DNA of 64,000 bases, taken from positions 1-64,000 of IMG/VR virus record IMGVR_UViG_3300035703_000008; one strand, given 5' to 3'. Of this stretch, positions 1-8,844 are shown one piece after another. A model generated the notes under the pieces. The model had not been told where the DNA came from. It saw only the letters and a list, made by a program, of their open reading frames with translations, and did no database searches. Position numbers and translations under genes: made by a program. Each line of letters opens with the position of its first letter. Within the stretch, counting starts at the first letter, position 1.

Positions 1-67
1 CGACGGACGATATCGAATTGTCTATAACAACAACTGTGATGACCTATTGATCATGCCTCCGGGTCTT

Positions 68-75
68 TATAAATA
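68..75 (+). promoter_or_regulatory. T4-type late promoter TATAAATA
   Basis: Exact T4 late consensus 4 nt upstream of ORF 80; the core TAAATA recurs before many genes (1041, 1809, 2216, 32025, 60418, 61203, and 59003-59010 on the minus strand). Confidence 0.7.
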
Positions 76-79
76 ACTG

Positions 80-271
80 ATGCGTGCTCAAGAATTCCAA
101 CGACGCGGTCTCAAGACTTATGCGGCCAAGATAAAACTCCGGCAAATCGGGTATGTCAACATCATTGACACCACTGTGCAAGCACGCACTCCTGAGATGG
201 CACGTCGACTGCTGCGCCAGCTCTACGGTGATCGCCATGTGATCGTAGGTCAACCACGAGAGCTCAAATGA
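80..271 (+). CDS. small protein with MRAQEF leader (putative head-internal protein)
   Basis: Follows late promoter; ATGA overlap with next gene; N-terminus shared with three neighbours. Confidence 0.7.
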   Translation: MRAQEFQRRGLKTYAAKIKLRQIGYVNIIDTTVQARTPEMARRLLRQLYGDRHVIVGQPRELK

Positions 272-1047
272 GAGCCAGTGAATTCTCCAATTCCAAGCTG
301 GTGATCTTCGACATCGACGACACCTTGGTCAACACCGACACCCGTGTCAATGTGGTGCATGATGGCCGAGTGGTCAAACAGCTCAACAGCCACGACTTTA
401 CGCACTACAATCTCCAACCCGGTGAAGAATTTGACTTTGGTGCTTTCCGTGATGCTCGAGAATTTTTCACCAAGGCTCGACCTATACCGGGCATGATACG
501 TCAACTCAAACAAGACATCGCCACTGGCAACAAAGTCATCATGCTCACGGCACGCAGCGACTTCAATGATCGTGATGTGTTCTTGGACACATTCCGGCAA
601 TATGGCATAGACATGGATCGTGTGCATGTGTACCGTGCCGGAAATCTCGCCATCCGGGCCGCCACCGAAGAAAAGAAAAAGATCATACTCCAGCACCTTT
701 TGGGCAAACAGCACTATGACAAAGTGATCATGTATGATGACTCTGTGCCCAATCTCAATGCTTTCCTCAGTCTCCAACAAGACTACCCGTGGAGCCGGTT
801 CTATGCCTGGCATGTGGATCCCAATGGGCAGGCCTCAGAATATCACAGAACCAATGCAGGCGTCAAAGAAAACTTTGCGGATGGTAAGAAGCCTGGACGC
901 AAGGGCTTGAGTCGCAGAGTAGGTATACCCAAGAAAGCCACGCTGGGACAGTTGGAAAAGATAGCCAAGAGCAGCACAGGTGAGCGTCGCAGGATGGCAC
1001 AATGGCAACTCAACATGCGGCGTGGCAAAGCAAGAAGGAATAAATAA
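268..1047 (+). CDS. HAD-superfamily phosphatase with MRASEF leader and a basic C-terminal module
   Basis: IFDIDDTL (motif I), LTAR (motif II), MYDD (motif IV). Confidence 0.8.
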   Translation: MRASEFSNSKLVIFDIDDTLVNTDTRVNVVHDGRVVKQLNSHDFTHYNLQPGEEFDFGAFRDAREFFTKARPIPGMIRQLKQDIATGNKVIMLTARSDFNDRDVFLDTFRQYGIDMDRVHVYRAGNLAIRAATEEKKKIILQHLLGKQHYDKVIMYDDSVPNLNAFLSLQQDYPWSRFYAWHVDPNGQASEYHRTNAGVKENFADGKKPGRKGLSRRVGIPKKATLGQLEKIAKSSTGERRRMAQWQLNMRRGKARRNK

Positions 1048-1107
1048 AAATGTGGATCGCGAGGCGGCAACCTCCACCCACTCTAACATGAAAGGACCAT
1101 ATCAGCT

Positions 1108-1764
1108 GTGTATTTACAAAACAAATACAGCCGTTGGTATAATAGCATTGTTGATCGAGCAAGATCAAGAACCATCACGGGATATACCGAACGACATCAC
1201 ATCATCCCTCGCAGTTTAGGCGGCGATAACAGTCCATTCAATCTTGTAAATCTCACAGCCAGAGAACACTTCGTTTGCCATCTCTTGCTTACTCGTATGA
1301 CCACAAACGAAGCCCGTAAAAAAATGGTGATGTCTGTGTTCTATCTCACAGGTCGAGGCAAAGCAGATAGACAAAATGTCATCAAACAGTCTCGTCTTTA
1401 TGAAAAACTGCGACAAGAGTTGTCACAGATAGTGAGCCAGAAGAAAAAAGGTTGCCGCCAACCACCTCGCAGCGAACTGGCTAAACAGAGATATTCTCAA
1501 TCAAAAATAGGTCGAAACAATCCCAATGCTCGTGGATACTTTATCACGCCTTGGGGCCAATATGAATCGTCGAGATTAGCAGCTAAACATTGCCCGGTGC
1601 CAATTACCGGCAACTATATCATAAGACTCTGTACCACTAACAATCATATTCCAATAAATCTTTTGAGCGTGTGCAGAAGCAAAGCATATCTTGAAGAGAA
1701 ACACATAGGAAAAACACCATTTGAGATGGGCTTTGAATTTCATCCGTATGAAGTCAGGCCGTAA
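1108..1764 (+). CDS. HNH homing endonuclease
   Basis: ERHHIIPRSLGG..N...NLV.LTAREHFVCH; AT-rich; own TAAATA promoter at 1041. Confidence 0.85.
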   Translation: MYLQNKYSRWYNSIVDRARSRTITGYTERHHIIPRSLGGDNSPFNLVNLTAREHFVCHLLLTRMTTNEARKKMVMSVFYLTGRGKADRQNVIKQSRLYEKLRQELSQIVSQKKKGCRQPPRSELAKQRYSQSKIGRNNPNARGYFITPWGQYESSRLAAKHCPVPITGNYIIRLCTTNNHIPINLLSVCRSKAYLEEKHIGKTPFEMGFEFHPYEVRP

Positions 1765-1818
1765 AAAATCCTAATTGACTAGATACTCTGGTCATAAAAA
1801 TCCCCCACTAAATACAGT

Positions 1819-2124
1819 GTGGACACAACATATATCAGAGCTGTGATAGACATCCGCTGTGAGTGGGAAGGCCTTGAGCCAGCCTATCGCATCTACGTCA
1901 ACGAAGAACTGTTCACTGAACGCACCTGGACTTGGACTGATCACTACCTCGAAGAAGTGATACAGATACAGGCCTCGCCAGGGCGCTATCAAGTAAGATT
2001 GGAACCTGTGCCACCCACCCTGGCACGATTCACTGTGGGCAATCACAGAGTGGAACACGGACCTGCACAGTGGGTCAATGATCAAACATTGGAGATATCA
2101 GCGTGCGAGCCCGAGAATTCATAA
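1819..2124 (+). CDS. hypothetical protein
   Basis: ORF after CTAAATA late-promoter motif. Confidence 0.6.
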   Translation: MDTTYIRAVIDIRCEWEGLEPAYRIYVNEELFTERTWTWTDHYLEEVIQIQASPGRYQVRLEPVPPTLARFTVGNHRVEHGPAQWVNDQTLEISACEPENS

Positions 2125-2264
2125 ACGAAAATGCGGGCGTGACCACCGCGGCCTCTATGGCTCCTGTGAGCCAGAGCCTGGGCACACCGTTGACACGAGT
2201 ATCAACAAAGCCTGCTAAATATGCTAATAGCTTAACGAAACGGAAACCCAATGCTGGTAGATGA
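2103..2264 (+). CDS. 53-aa protein MRAREFINENAGVTTAASMA... (absent from ORF track)
   Basis: GTG start with GGAGA RBS at 2091; MRAxEF leader. Confidence 0.6.
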   Translation: MRAREFINENAGVTTAASMAPVSQSLGTPLTRVSTKPAKYANSLTKRKPNAGR

Positions 2265-2694
2265 CCTCAAAACACTGTTGGCCACGCAATATGCCTTCGT
2301 GATCAAAGCACAGTTCTTCCACTGGAACGTGGAAGGTCCTGACTTTGCACAACTGCATCGATTCTTTGGCAAGATCTACGAAGAAGTCTACGAAAACAGC
2401 ATAGACCAGACCGCAGAATTCATACGCATACTCGACGACTACACTCCCGGCAGTTTTGAGAGATTCGGCGAGCTCAGCCTCATCACCGGCCAGATCAAGG
2501 TACCGCGTGCTCGTCTCATGATCCAGGAACTCTTGGCCGACACGCAGACCTTGATCGATCAGCTCAACACCACTTTTGACGCAGCCGAATCCGAAGATCA
2601 GCAAGGCATCATGGACTTCCTGGCCAGTCGCATCGACGCCATGGGCAAGCATGGTTGGATGCTGAGGAGTTTCTTGAAAGAGGAGCGAGCATGA
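2251..2694 (+). CDS. dps: Dps/ferritin-like protein
   Basis: HWNVEGPDFAQLHRFF..IYEE and DQTAE ferroxidase motifs; KHGWML C-terminus. Confidence 0.9.
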   Translation: MLVDDLKTLLATQYAFVIKAQFFHWNVEGPDFAQLHRFFGKIYEEVYENSIDQTAEFIRILDDYTPGSFERFGELSLITGQIKVPRARLMIQELLADTQTLIDQLNTTFDAAESEDQQGIMDFLASRIDAMGKHGWMLRSFLKEERA

Positions 2695-3185
2695 GCCACG
2701 ATCTCCGCGACATACTGGGTCGTTTATCGGCCATCGAAGAAGGCCTGGACGCTGATCAGCGCCGGGTGAAACAACTGCCAGCCCTGTTCCGGCCTCGGAA
2801 AACATCACCGGTCCTGGACGGACCCTACGGCAAACGCGATGCCATGGACGGATACCTCGTGGGCGAAGACATGGTCAGTGCCGAGAAAAAGCGTCTCAGT
2901 GACTATCTACATGACGTGGCCCAGGCCATCGAAAAAGACGCAGATCTCGTCAACACCGACTCGCGTGGCCAGGACACCGTGAAGTCAGTGAAGACCATAC
3001 GCACCGACGACGGACATGAGATCAAGATCGTGGGCAACGAAGACGACGGATTCCGTGTGAGCATACGGGACCAGCAAGGTCACACACGATTCAATAACCT
3101 CGACGAGGCCGTGATGGCCTGCGAGATGTACTGCGCCCGCCGCCGCCAGCGCCGATCCAGCCAAGATTACATAGAAGAAGCCTGA
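2691..3185 (+). CDS. hypothetical (putative head-internal) protein
   Basis: GAGGAG RBS; MSHDLRDILGRLSAIEE leader ending in Glu. Confidence 0.65.
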   Translation: MSHDLRDILGRLSAIEEGLDADQRRVKQLPALFRPRKTSPVLDGPYGKRDAMDGYLVGEDMVSAEKKRLSDYLHDVAQAIEKDADLVNTDSRGQDTVKSVKTIRTDDGHEIKIVGNEDDGFRVSIRDQQGHTRFNNLDEAVMACEMYCARRRQRRSSQDYIEEA

Positions 3186-3187
3186 CC

Positions 3188-4789
3188 ATGAACCTACGAG
3201 ATCTATTTGAGAACAACGAACCCACTGCCATGGCCCAGGCTGTGACACGGAGGATACTGAGCACACGCAGTGACCTCTTGAGCCGCTACGGAGTCGAAGC
3301 TGTGAGCCAGGCCATTGATGATGTCACCCAAGGTGACGACTGGGAAGAGATCGGCAGCTCAGACGTGAGTACCTATGTGCGATATGTGGAAGATTACCTG
3401 CGCGATCACCATGGCAGCCGTGAGGAGATGGCGGATCGTCGACCATTCGCCGAACAAGGTGTCTCGGAAATGGATTCGCAAGGTTATCGAGGTCATCGCG
3501 GTGATGAAGATCCAGGCAAAGGTCCAGAAAAAGTAGTCAAGCCAGCCAAGACAAAAGATGTTGCCAAAGACGCAGAAAAAGAATTAACCAAAGCAATGGA
3601 TAAGGCACACAAGAAAGGTGTGGCGGAAGGCACTGAACAAGTTTATAAAGTTCTAGCAGTAGACAAGAGCAATGCATTGTCTGATAAAGTTATGCTAACT
3701 GTAAAAGCAGGTTCTATAGCAGAAGTGTTTGAACGATTGGCCATGAGTGATTGGTATCCATTGTCAATCAACGGTGCGGAAGTCATCGACGGCCGGCGTC
3801 TAAAGCCGGGTGTGGCGGAAGGCTCCGAACAAGTGTATAAAGTCATAGCCGTTGACAAAAACAATGCCCTAGGTAAAAAAGTCAAACTGAATGTCAAGGC
3901 CAGTTCCGTAGAAGAAGTCTTTGAACGATTGGCAATGAGTGATTGGTATCCTTTGGAAATTAATGGTGTTGAAGTCATTGCTGGCAAGCGTCTAAAGCAA
4001 GGTGTGGCGGAAAACCAACGCCGTTTCAACAATGTCAACGACGATGATCTCTATGCTGTAGATCCCCGAACCAAAGAGATCATAGCCCACCTTGGCAATC
4101 CCTACAACAATAGAACGGCTGTATTGATCAAAAAACGCCAGCACGAACAGCAGGGCCACGAGGTCATGTCAGGTATGCGAGCTAAATTCTACAGAGACGT
4201 CGATGAGCAAGGTGTGGCGGAAGGCACTGAAGGCAACTGGTATGTTCGTGTTAAAGGTAAAGTTCTCAAAGATAGCAAATTTAATGCTATCCCTTTTGCA
4301 TCACAAGATGAAGCAAGAAATCATGCATTGACACTTGCTAGAAAGAAAAATATACCATTATCTCAAGTAAAACTTACAAGAAGTTGGATGGATGCACCTG
4401 AGTCAGAGGTTTCGGAAGGTGAATCACAAACTGTAGAAGTTGTGATCAGTGATGGCACACAGCGTCAGCGTCGCAGAGTTCGTGTTAGTCCCAATACACG
4501 CAATGTCGAAGCTGCAGTGTTAAAGTACTATGCCAAAGTAGGACTGCCAGTTGTATCTATCAATGGCCGACCTGTGAGGGCTGCCATGGCCGAGGGCGAT
4601 GGCAGCACATGTCCTGAGTGCGGTGGTCCCATATTCAAGAGCCGGTTCATGGCCGAAGAGCAGGACGCCTGCTATCGCAAAGTCAAAAGCAGATACAAGG
4701 TGTGGCCATCGGCCTATGCGTCAGGCGCTCTGGTGCAGTGCCGCAAGAAAGGTGCTGCCAACTGGGGCACAGGAGGTAAGAAAAAATGA
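3188..4789 (+). CDS. modular polyprotein with repeated GVAE junctions (putative protease-processed head protein)
   Basis: GVSE, four GVAE, EVSE and two MAE junctions separate ~50-70 aa modules. Confidence 0.8.
   Translation: MNLRDLFENNEPTAMAQAVTRRILSTRSDLLSRYGVEAVSQAIDDVTQGDDWEEIGSSDVSTYVRYVEDYLRDHHGSREEMADRRPFAEQGVSEMDSQGYRGHRGDEDPGKGPEKVVKPAKTKDVAKDAEKELTKAMDKAHKKGVAEGTEQVYKVLAVDKSNALSDKVMLTVKAGSIAEVFERLAMSDWYPLSINGAEVIDGRRLKPGVAEGSEQVYKVIAVDKNNALGKKVKLNVKASSVEEVFERLAMSDWYPLEINGVEVIAGKRLKQGVAENQRRFNNVNDDDLYAVDPRTKEIIAHLGNPYNNRTAVLIKKRQHEQQGHEVMSGMRAKFYRDVDEQGVAEGTEGNWYVRVKGKVLKDSKFNAIPFASQDEARNHALTLARKKNIPLSQVKLTRSWMDAPESEVSEGESQTVEVVISDGTQRQRRRVRVSPNTRNVEAAVLKYYAKVGLPVVSINGRPVRAAMAEGDGSTCPECGGPIFKSRFMAEEQDACYRKVKSRYKVWPSAYASGALVQCRKKGAANWGTGGKKK
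3617..4224 (+). repeat. dispersed in-frame repeat GGTGTGGCGGAA(GG)
   Basis: Exact copies at 3617, 3809, 4001, 4211 (spacing 192, 192, 210); degenerate copies at 3458 and 4406. Confidence 0.9.
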
Positions 4790-5181
4790 GAGACATCATT
4801 GATCTACTGGAGGCCATCGAACAGGGTTGCCCTCCAGCCACGCAGAACATCGATCTCAACTTGAAGAATCGCCAGCGGGCCATTGACGAATATCATTATG
4901 GTCCGCTCAATCCTGCCCGGCCCAGCCTGGAGTATTGGCAAGAACTGGCAGATCAATGGAATACATCTGTAGAAGAAGCACAGAGTGCCAGATGTAGAAA
5001 CTGTGCCGCTTTCGACATCACCCAAAAGACCTTGGATTGTATCGACCGAGGCATAGGTGGCGACGACGATTGGGATATCATCAAAGCCGGCAAACTGGGC
5101 TATTGTAGATTCCTCAAGTTCAAATGCAATGCTTTGCGTTCGTGCTCGGCGTGGGTGGAAGGCGGACCTGTTCGAGACTGA
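4786..5181 (+). CDS. Cys-rich hypothetical protein
   Basis: MRDIIDLLEAIE leader; CRNC...GYC....FKC....SC zinc-binding-like pattern. Confidence 0.7.
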   Translation: MRDIIDLLEAIEQGCPPATQNIDLNLKNRQRAIDEYHYGPLNPARPSLEYWQELADQWNTSVEEAQSARCRNCAAFDITQKTLDCIDRGIGGDDDWDIIKAGKLGYCRFLKFKCNALRSCSAWVEGGPVRD

Positions 5182-5182
5182 T

Positions 5183-5557
5183 ATGAGAGCCCAAGAATTC
5201 GTCACCGAAAAGTGGAGCACCAAGTATAAACGCTCTATCAATTGCTCTGACCCTCGGGGATTCAGCCAGCGTGCCCATTGTCAGGGTCGTAAGAAAAACA
5301 ATGAAGATCAAGACCTGGCGGAAGATCTACGCAAGTGGTTCCGAGAAAAGTGGGTTCGTTTTGGCCCTGATGGAAAGATTCGCGGGGATTGTGCTCGCGG
5401 ATCCGACGCTGAGGGCAAGCCCAAGTGCCTGCCACAATCAAAGGCACATGCCCTGGGCAAGAAAGGTCGTGCGAGTGCGGCAGCCCGTAAGCGCAGACAA
5501 GATCCCAATGCCGACCGCCGTGGCGCTGCACGGAATGTTCCCACGAAAAAATCATGA
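5183..5557 (+). CDS. basic two-module protein with MRAQEFVTE leader
   Basis: ATG at 5183; modules separated by LAE. Confidence 0.7.
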   Translation: MRAQEFVTEKWSTKYKRSINCSDPRGFSQRAHCQGRKKNNEDQDLAEDLRKWFREKWVRFGPDGKIRGDCARGSDAEGKPKCLPQSKAHALGKKGRASAAARKRRQDPNADRRGAARNVPTKKS

Positions 5558-5779
5558 CATTCGTTGATCCCAATAACTACCCTGTGTGGCCCGAAGACGA
5601 CGGCACAGATCAAAAAAGAAATCCCTATAGTCCAGTTTAACGATGAAAAAACCCACTCCACAAAAACCCGCATTCCAACCCCAAGTGGTCCAGCACGGCA
5701 GCCCCATACGACGCATGACACCACCGCCCCGGATGAGCCAGCGAGCAGTATTCGTGAGTGTGCCAATCCGCCTCAACGG

Positions 5780-6466
5780 ATGAGTGTCATGCATGATATT
5801 CCATCCGTGGAATCTCTGGAAATAATCAACGAAAAAGAACTGGATTTGATATCCAATGATTTTCATGATCGTATACTGACCCACGGACAAGATCGCATCG
5901 ACTATGATGAGGAGACTGCCATGGATCGTCGATTGACATTGTCGCTCACAGATCCCATGCACCAACTGATAAGCAACATCATATGGCGTGGCATAGAACG
6001 ATTTCCGTCACCGGGCAAGATCACTGGACTCTATATTGCTTATCAACGACAGTATATCCCACACAACTTACATGTAGATGTCGGCGATGACCCCAATGTC
6101 GACAATCGCGGCGGATTCAGTATGATTATTCCCATCAGCGAAGACCCAGGGTTCCAAACCCTGATATGGAATCTGGAATGCAACGTCAAATCGACGTTTC
6201 TACGTTGGGTGTCATCCATTGACTGGAAAAATGATGCTGTTCTCAGCGATGTTGGAAAAGACTACAACGTCGATCACTGTCGAGGACCCGATGGTTCGCT
6301 GGCAATGAATTATCTAGAGTTCCTGGGAGCCTATCAATATCGTCGCGGCACAGTAGGCAAGTTTCCCAGGAATCATCCACACTGCAGCTCGAACTGGAAA
6401 GCGTCGGGTCGACACTCGCACAAAGATTTCGTTATAATACACAGCCTAGTTATCGACAATGTCTGA
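5780..6466 (+). CDS. putative 2OG-Fe(II) oxygenase-like protein
   Basis: HVD plus distal H (HPH); paralogue of 10223..10897; start uncertain. Confidence 0.55.
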   Translation: MSVMHDIPSVESLEIINEKELDLISNDFHDRILTHGQDRIDYDEETAMDRRLTLSLTDPMHQLISNIIWRGIERFPSPGKITGLYIAYQRQYIPHNLHVDVGDDPNVDNRGGFSMIIPISEDPGFQTLIWNLECNVKSTFLRWVSSIDWKNDAVLSDVGKDYNVDHCRGPDGSLAMNYLEFLGAYQYRRGTVGKFPRNHPHCSSNWKASGRHSHKDFVIIHSLVIDNV

Positions 6467-6505
6467 CCCTTTTTCAATCAACCATAGATTTTATAAAATA
6501 AACTC

Positions 6506-7447
6506 ATGTCGTCACGTATCAAAGACCGTCTGAAACTTTGGAACTTGCCTAGAGATATTTGGAGGCAATTGGCCCGAGTGCAAGGGCGTACCATCGTTCC
6601 ACCCTATGGCTGCGACAGTGCCGATGGTTGTTTGCTCGGCAGTGACTACTGGAACAACTATCCAATAAGGGATTACAAATACATTTATAACTCCTGGGGA
6701 TTTCGATCTTCCCAGGACTACGAGTCACTCCAGGGACAAGAAATCAATCTTTGTATAGGCGACAGTGTCACTGTCAACATGGGAGGCCCTGTTGAACATA
6801 GCTGGCCCTCTTTGCTGGCAAAAAAATTCACGATACCCACCTTGAATTTCGGAATTGACGCGCTGTGTTACTATCATTACCCAGATATTGTTGCCAAGGC
6901 CCGGGACTATTTTAAAATACGACATATTTTTGTTCTTTATAATTTGTTAGAAAAAAGCGAGAGAGTTGGTAACTTGTTGAATCCGCCTAACATCGACCTG
7001 GATATCAAAATAAATTCTCTCAAAAACAATTTTTGGGTCATCGGATCCATTGACGCATTTGTACCCCCATGGAGCTTTCATCCGGAAGAACTTCCCACTC
7101 TTTATCGACATTTCCCCGGTTGCCATGACTATCTCAAACATGTGAAATTCGATTATACCACCATTGATCCTGCAGCAGTGATCCACAACGCTGCAATGAA
7201 AGAAAAATACCAAACACTCTCGGGCGCACGATGGCCCATGTTTGAACGCTGGGCAGAAACTGTGGTATCCGGGATTGATCCATTTGTAGAATTCAATCAT
7301 CCCAGAGACCGTTTGTTGATTTCCCAGATACTATATGAATTTTTACATCCCTACATTTTAAAAAATCGTGACGGATTCCATATGAGTCAAATTTCCAATC
7401 AGGCCCTGGCCGACTACTTTTATCAAAAATCTCAGGGTGTAAAATAA
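6506..7447 (+). CDS. SGNH/GDSL-like protein
   Basis: YNSWGFRS, GDS, NFG and DGFH motifs. Confidence 0.6.
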   Translation: MSSRIKDRLKLWNLPRDIWRQLARVQGRTIVPPYGCDSADGCLLGSDYWNNYPIRDYKYIYNSWGFRSSQDYESLQGQEINLCIGDSVTVNMGGPVEHSWPSLLAKKFTIPTLNFGIDALCYYHYPDIVAKARDYFKIRHIFVLYNLLEKSERVGNLLNPPNIDLDIKINSLKNNFWVIGSIDAFVPPWSFHPEELPTLYRHFPGCHDYLKHVKFDYTTIDPAAVIHNAAMKEKYQTLSGARWPMFERWAETVVSGIDPFVEFNHPRDRLLISQILYEFLHPYILKNRDGFHMSQISNQALADYFYQKSQGVK

Positions 7448-7449
7448 CC

Positions 7450-7692
7450 ATGTCCAACGATGCAAAGACTTTCATCTACGAAAGCCCCGACGGAGGAGAC
7501 ACGGTATATGTTCGCGAGGCCGGTAGCACGGAGAAAACTTTGCACAGTGTCAGTGCGAAAAAACAAACACTCATGGAAGACCTTCGCGAATCCAAGCTCT
7601 GGGGCGACATACATCGAGCCGCTAAATCCGATCCTGCTCTGCGCGACATGTTGGAAAAAATCAAAACTTATTGGGCCCTCGGAAAAAAATGA
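7450..7692 (+). CDS. hypothetical phage protein
   Basis: IYESPDGG.TVY.R N-terminus; tightly packed between neighbours. Confidence 0.7.
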   Translation: MSNDAKTFIYESPDGGDTVYVREAGSTEKTLHSVSAKKQTLMEDLRESKLWGDIHRAAKSDPALRDMLEKIKTYWALGKK

Positions 7693-8804
7693 CTCACCGA
7701 GACCTGTTGCCACAGTCAGTGACTGGGCATGGAAGAAATCAGTTGATATCAGCAGTGAAACAGGAAGCTGCCTGGGCAGATCTAGAGTCTCTAGATTGGC
7801 CCGAGGATGTCTCTTTTGGATTCAATCTCCAATGGCCCAGTTTCTTTTTGCCAAAGCCCGTGATCGAGCGTGCATCATTGATCGTCTTGACTTTTCATAC
7901 CGAACCTGTTGATCTGGTATTCGTCAGAGAAATGATTGACAACTATCCTGATGCGAAAATTTTGATACTCCACGACGGGTACATCGAAAAGCAACCCGAT
8001 TGGCCCGATCGAGTATTCTGGGCCAGATGGATCACCTGGGGGCATCAAATCAGATATATCACCGAGATCTGGACCAGTCCTTATAGATCGCGCACCAGCA
8101 AATATCACCTCAGCAGTCTGTCACATCGCATCGATCTTTTTAAATGTTATATATCAGCGGTGGTGCTACAGCATCCACGTCGGGGAGATTTTTTAATCAG
8201 CTGGCATAGATATCAAACGTCGGGAACAGAAAAAAAACTAAAGTACACCAACAGAGGAGACCCGTATCTAGATTCCCTAGCCGAATGGATATTAAACCAC
8301 GATTCTGTCAGTGCCGACGACTGGTACAATGTAGAACACAACAATCCAATCAGCAATTCCAACTGGGATCATCCGGCTTATATGGATTCAGTGATCAATA
8401 TCAACAACGAAAGTTTTTGGCATAGTTTTCGACATGGATCCAAATACGTCCATCCCGGACCGTTCTTCACTGAAAAAACCTGGAAGCCTATGATAGCTGG
8501 GTGCCCGTTCCTGATCGCAGGTCAAGTCCATTCTCACAGTAGTCTCGCTGAAGTAGGGTTCAAATTCGACTATGGAATGGATCTAGATTTCGACCTTGAG
8601 CCCGACGATCATGATCGTGTAAAGAAGATACTGTTATTGTTACAAGAGATCGCTGACATGGACTCCCAACAACTCAAGTCAATGGTACAGCCCTCGGCGG
8701 ACTACAATCGCGATCATGCTTTTTCACCTGCATTGATCCAGGCCTGCAGTAGGATCAATCAGTCCTCGTTGGAATACATACACAAAGTTATTGATCTAGG
8801 ATAA
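7689..8804 (+). CDS. glycosyltransferase-like protein (TEKT family)
   Basis: NNES...FFTEKTWKP.IAG.PF motif shared with three paralogues. Confidence 0.55.
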   Translation: MTHRDLLPQSVTGHGRNQLISAVKQEAAWADLESLDWPEDVSFGFNLQWPSFFLPKPVIERASLIVLTFHTEPVDLVFVREMIDNYPDAKILILHDGYIEKQPDWPDRVFWARWITWGHQIRYITEIWTSPYRSRTSKYHLSSLSHRIDLFKCYISAVVLQHPRRGDFLISWHRYQTSGTEKKLKYTNRGDPYLDSLAEWILNHDSVSADDWYNVEHNNPISNSNWDHPAYMDSVININNESFWHSFRHGSKYVHPGPFFTEKTWKPMIAGCPFLIAGQVHSHSSLAEVGFKFDYGMDLDFDLEPDDHDRVKKILLLLQEIADMDSQQLKSMVQPSADYNRDHAFSPALIQACSRINQSSLEYIHKVIDLG

Positions 8805-8844
8805 CAATAGTCGATAAGTAACATTTCTTACAGGAACAACGTTT

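Noticed and set aside
3617-4224. CRISPR array interpretation of the regularly spaced repeat
   Set aside because: The repeat is only 12-14 nt, the spacers are ~180-200 nt and in-frame coding, and no cas genes are present
8805-8844. SAH riboswitch upstream of ahcY
   Set aside because: Only 40 AT-rich nt with no SAH aptamer consensus
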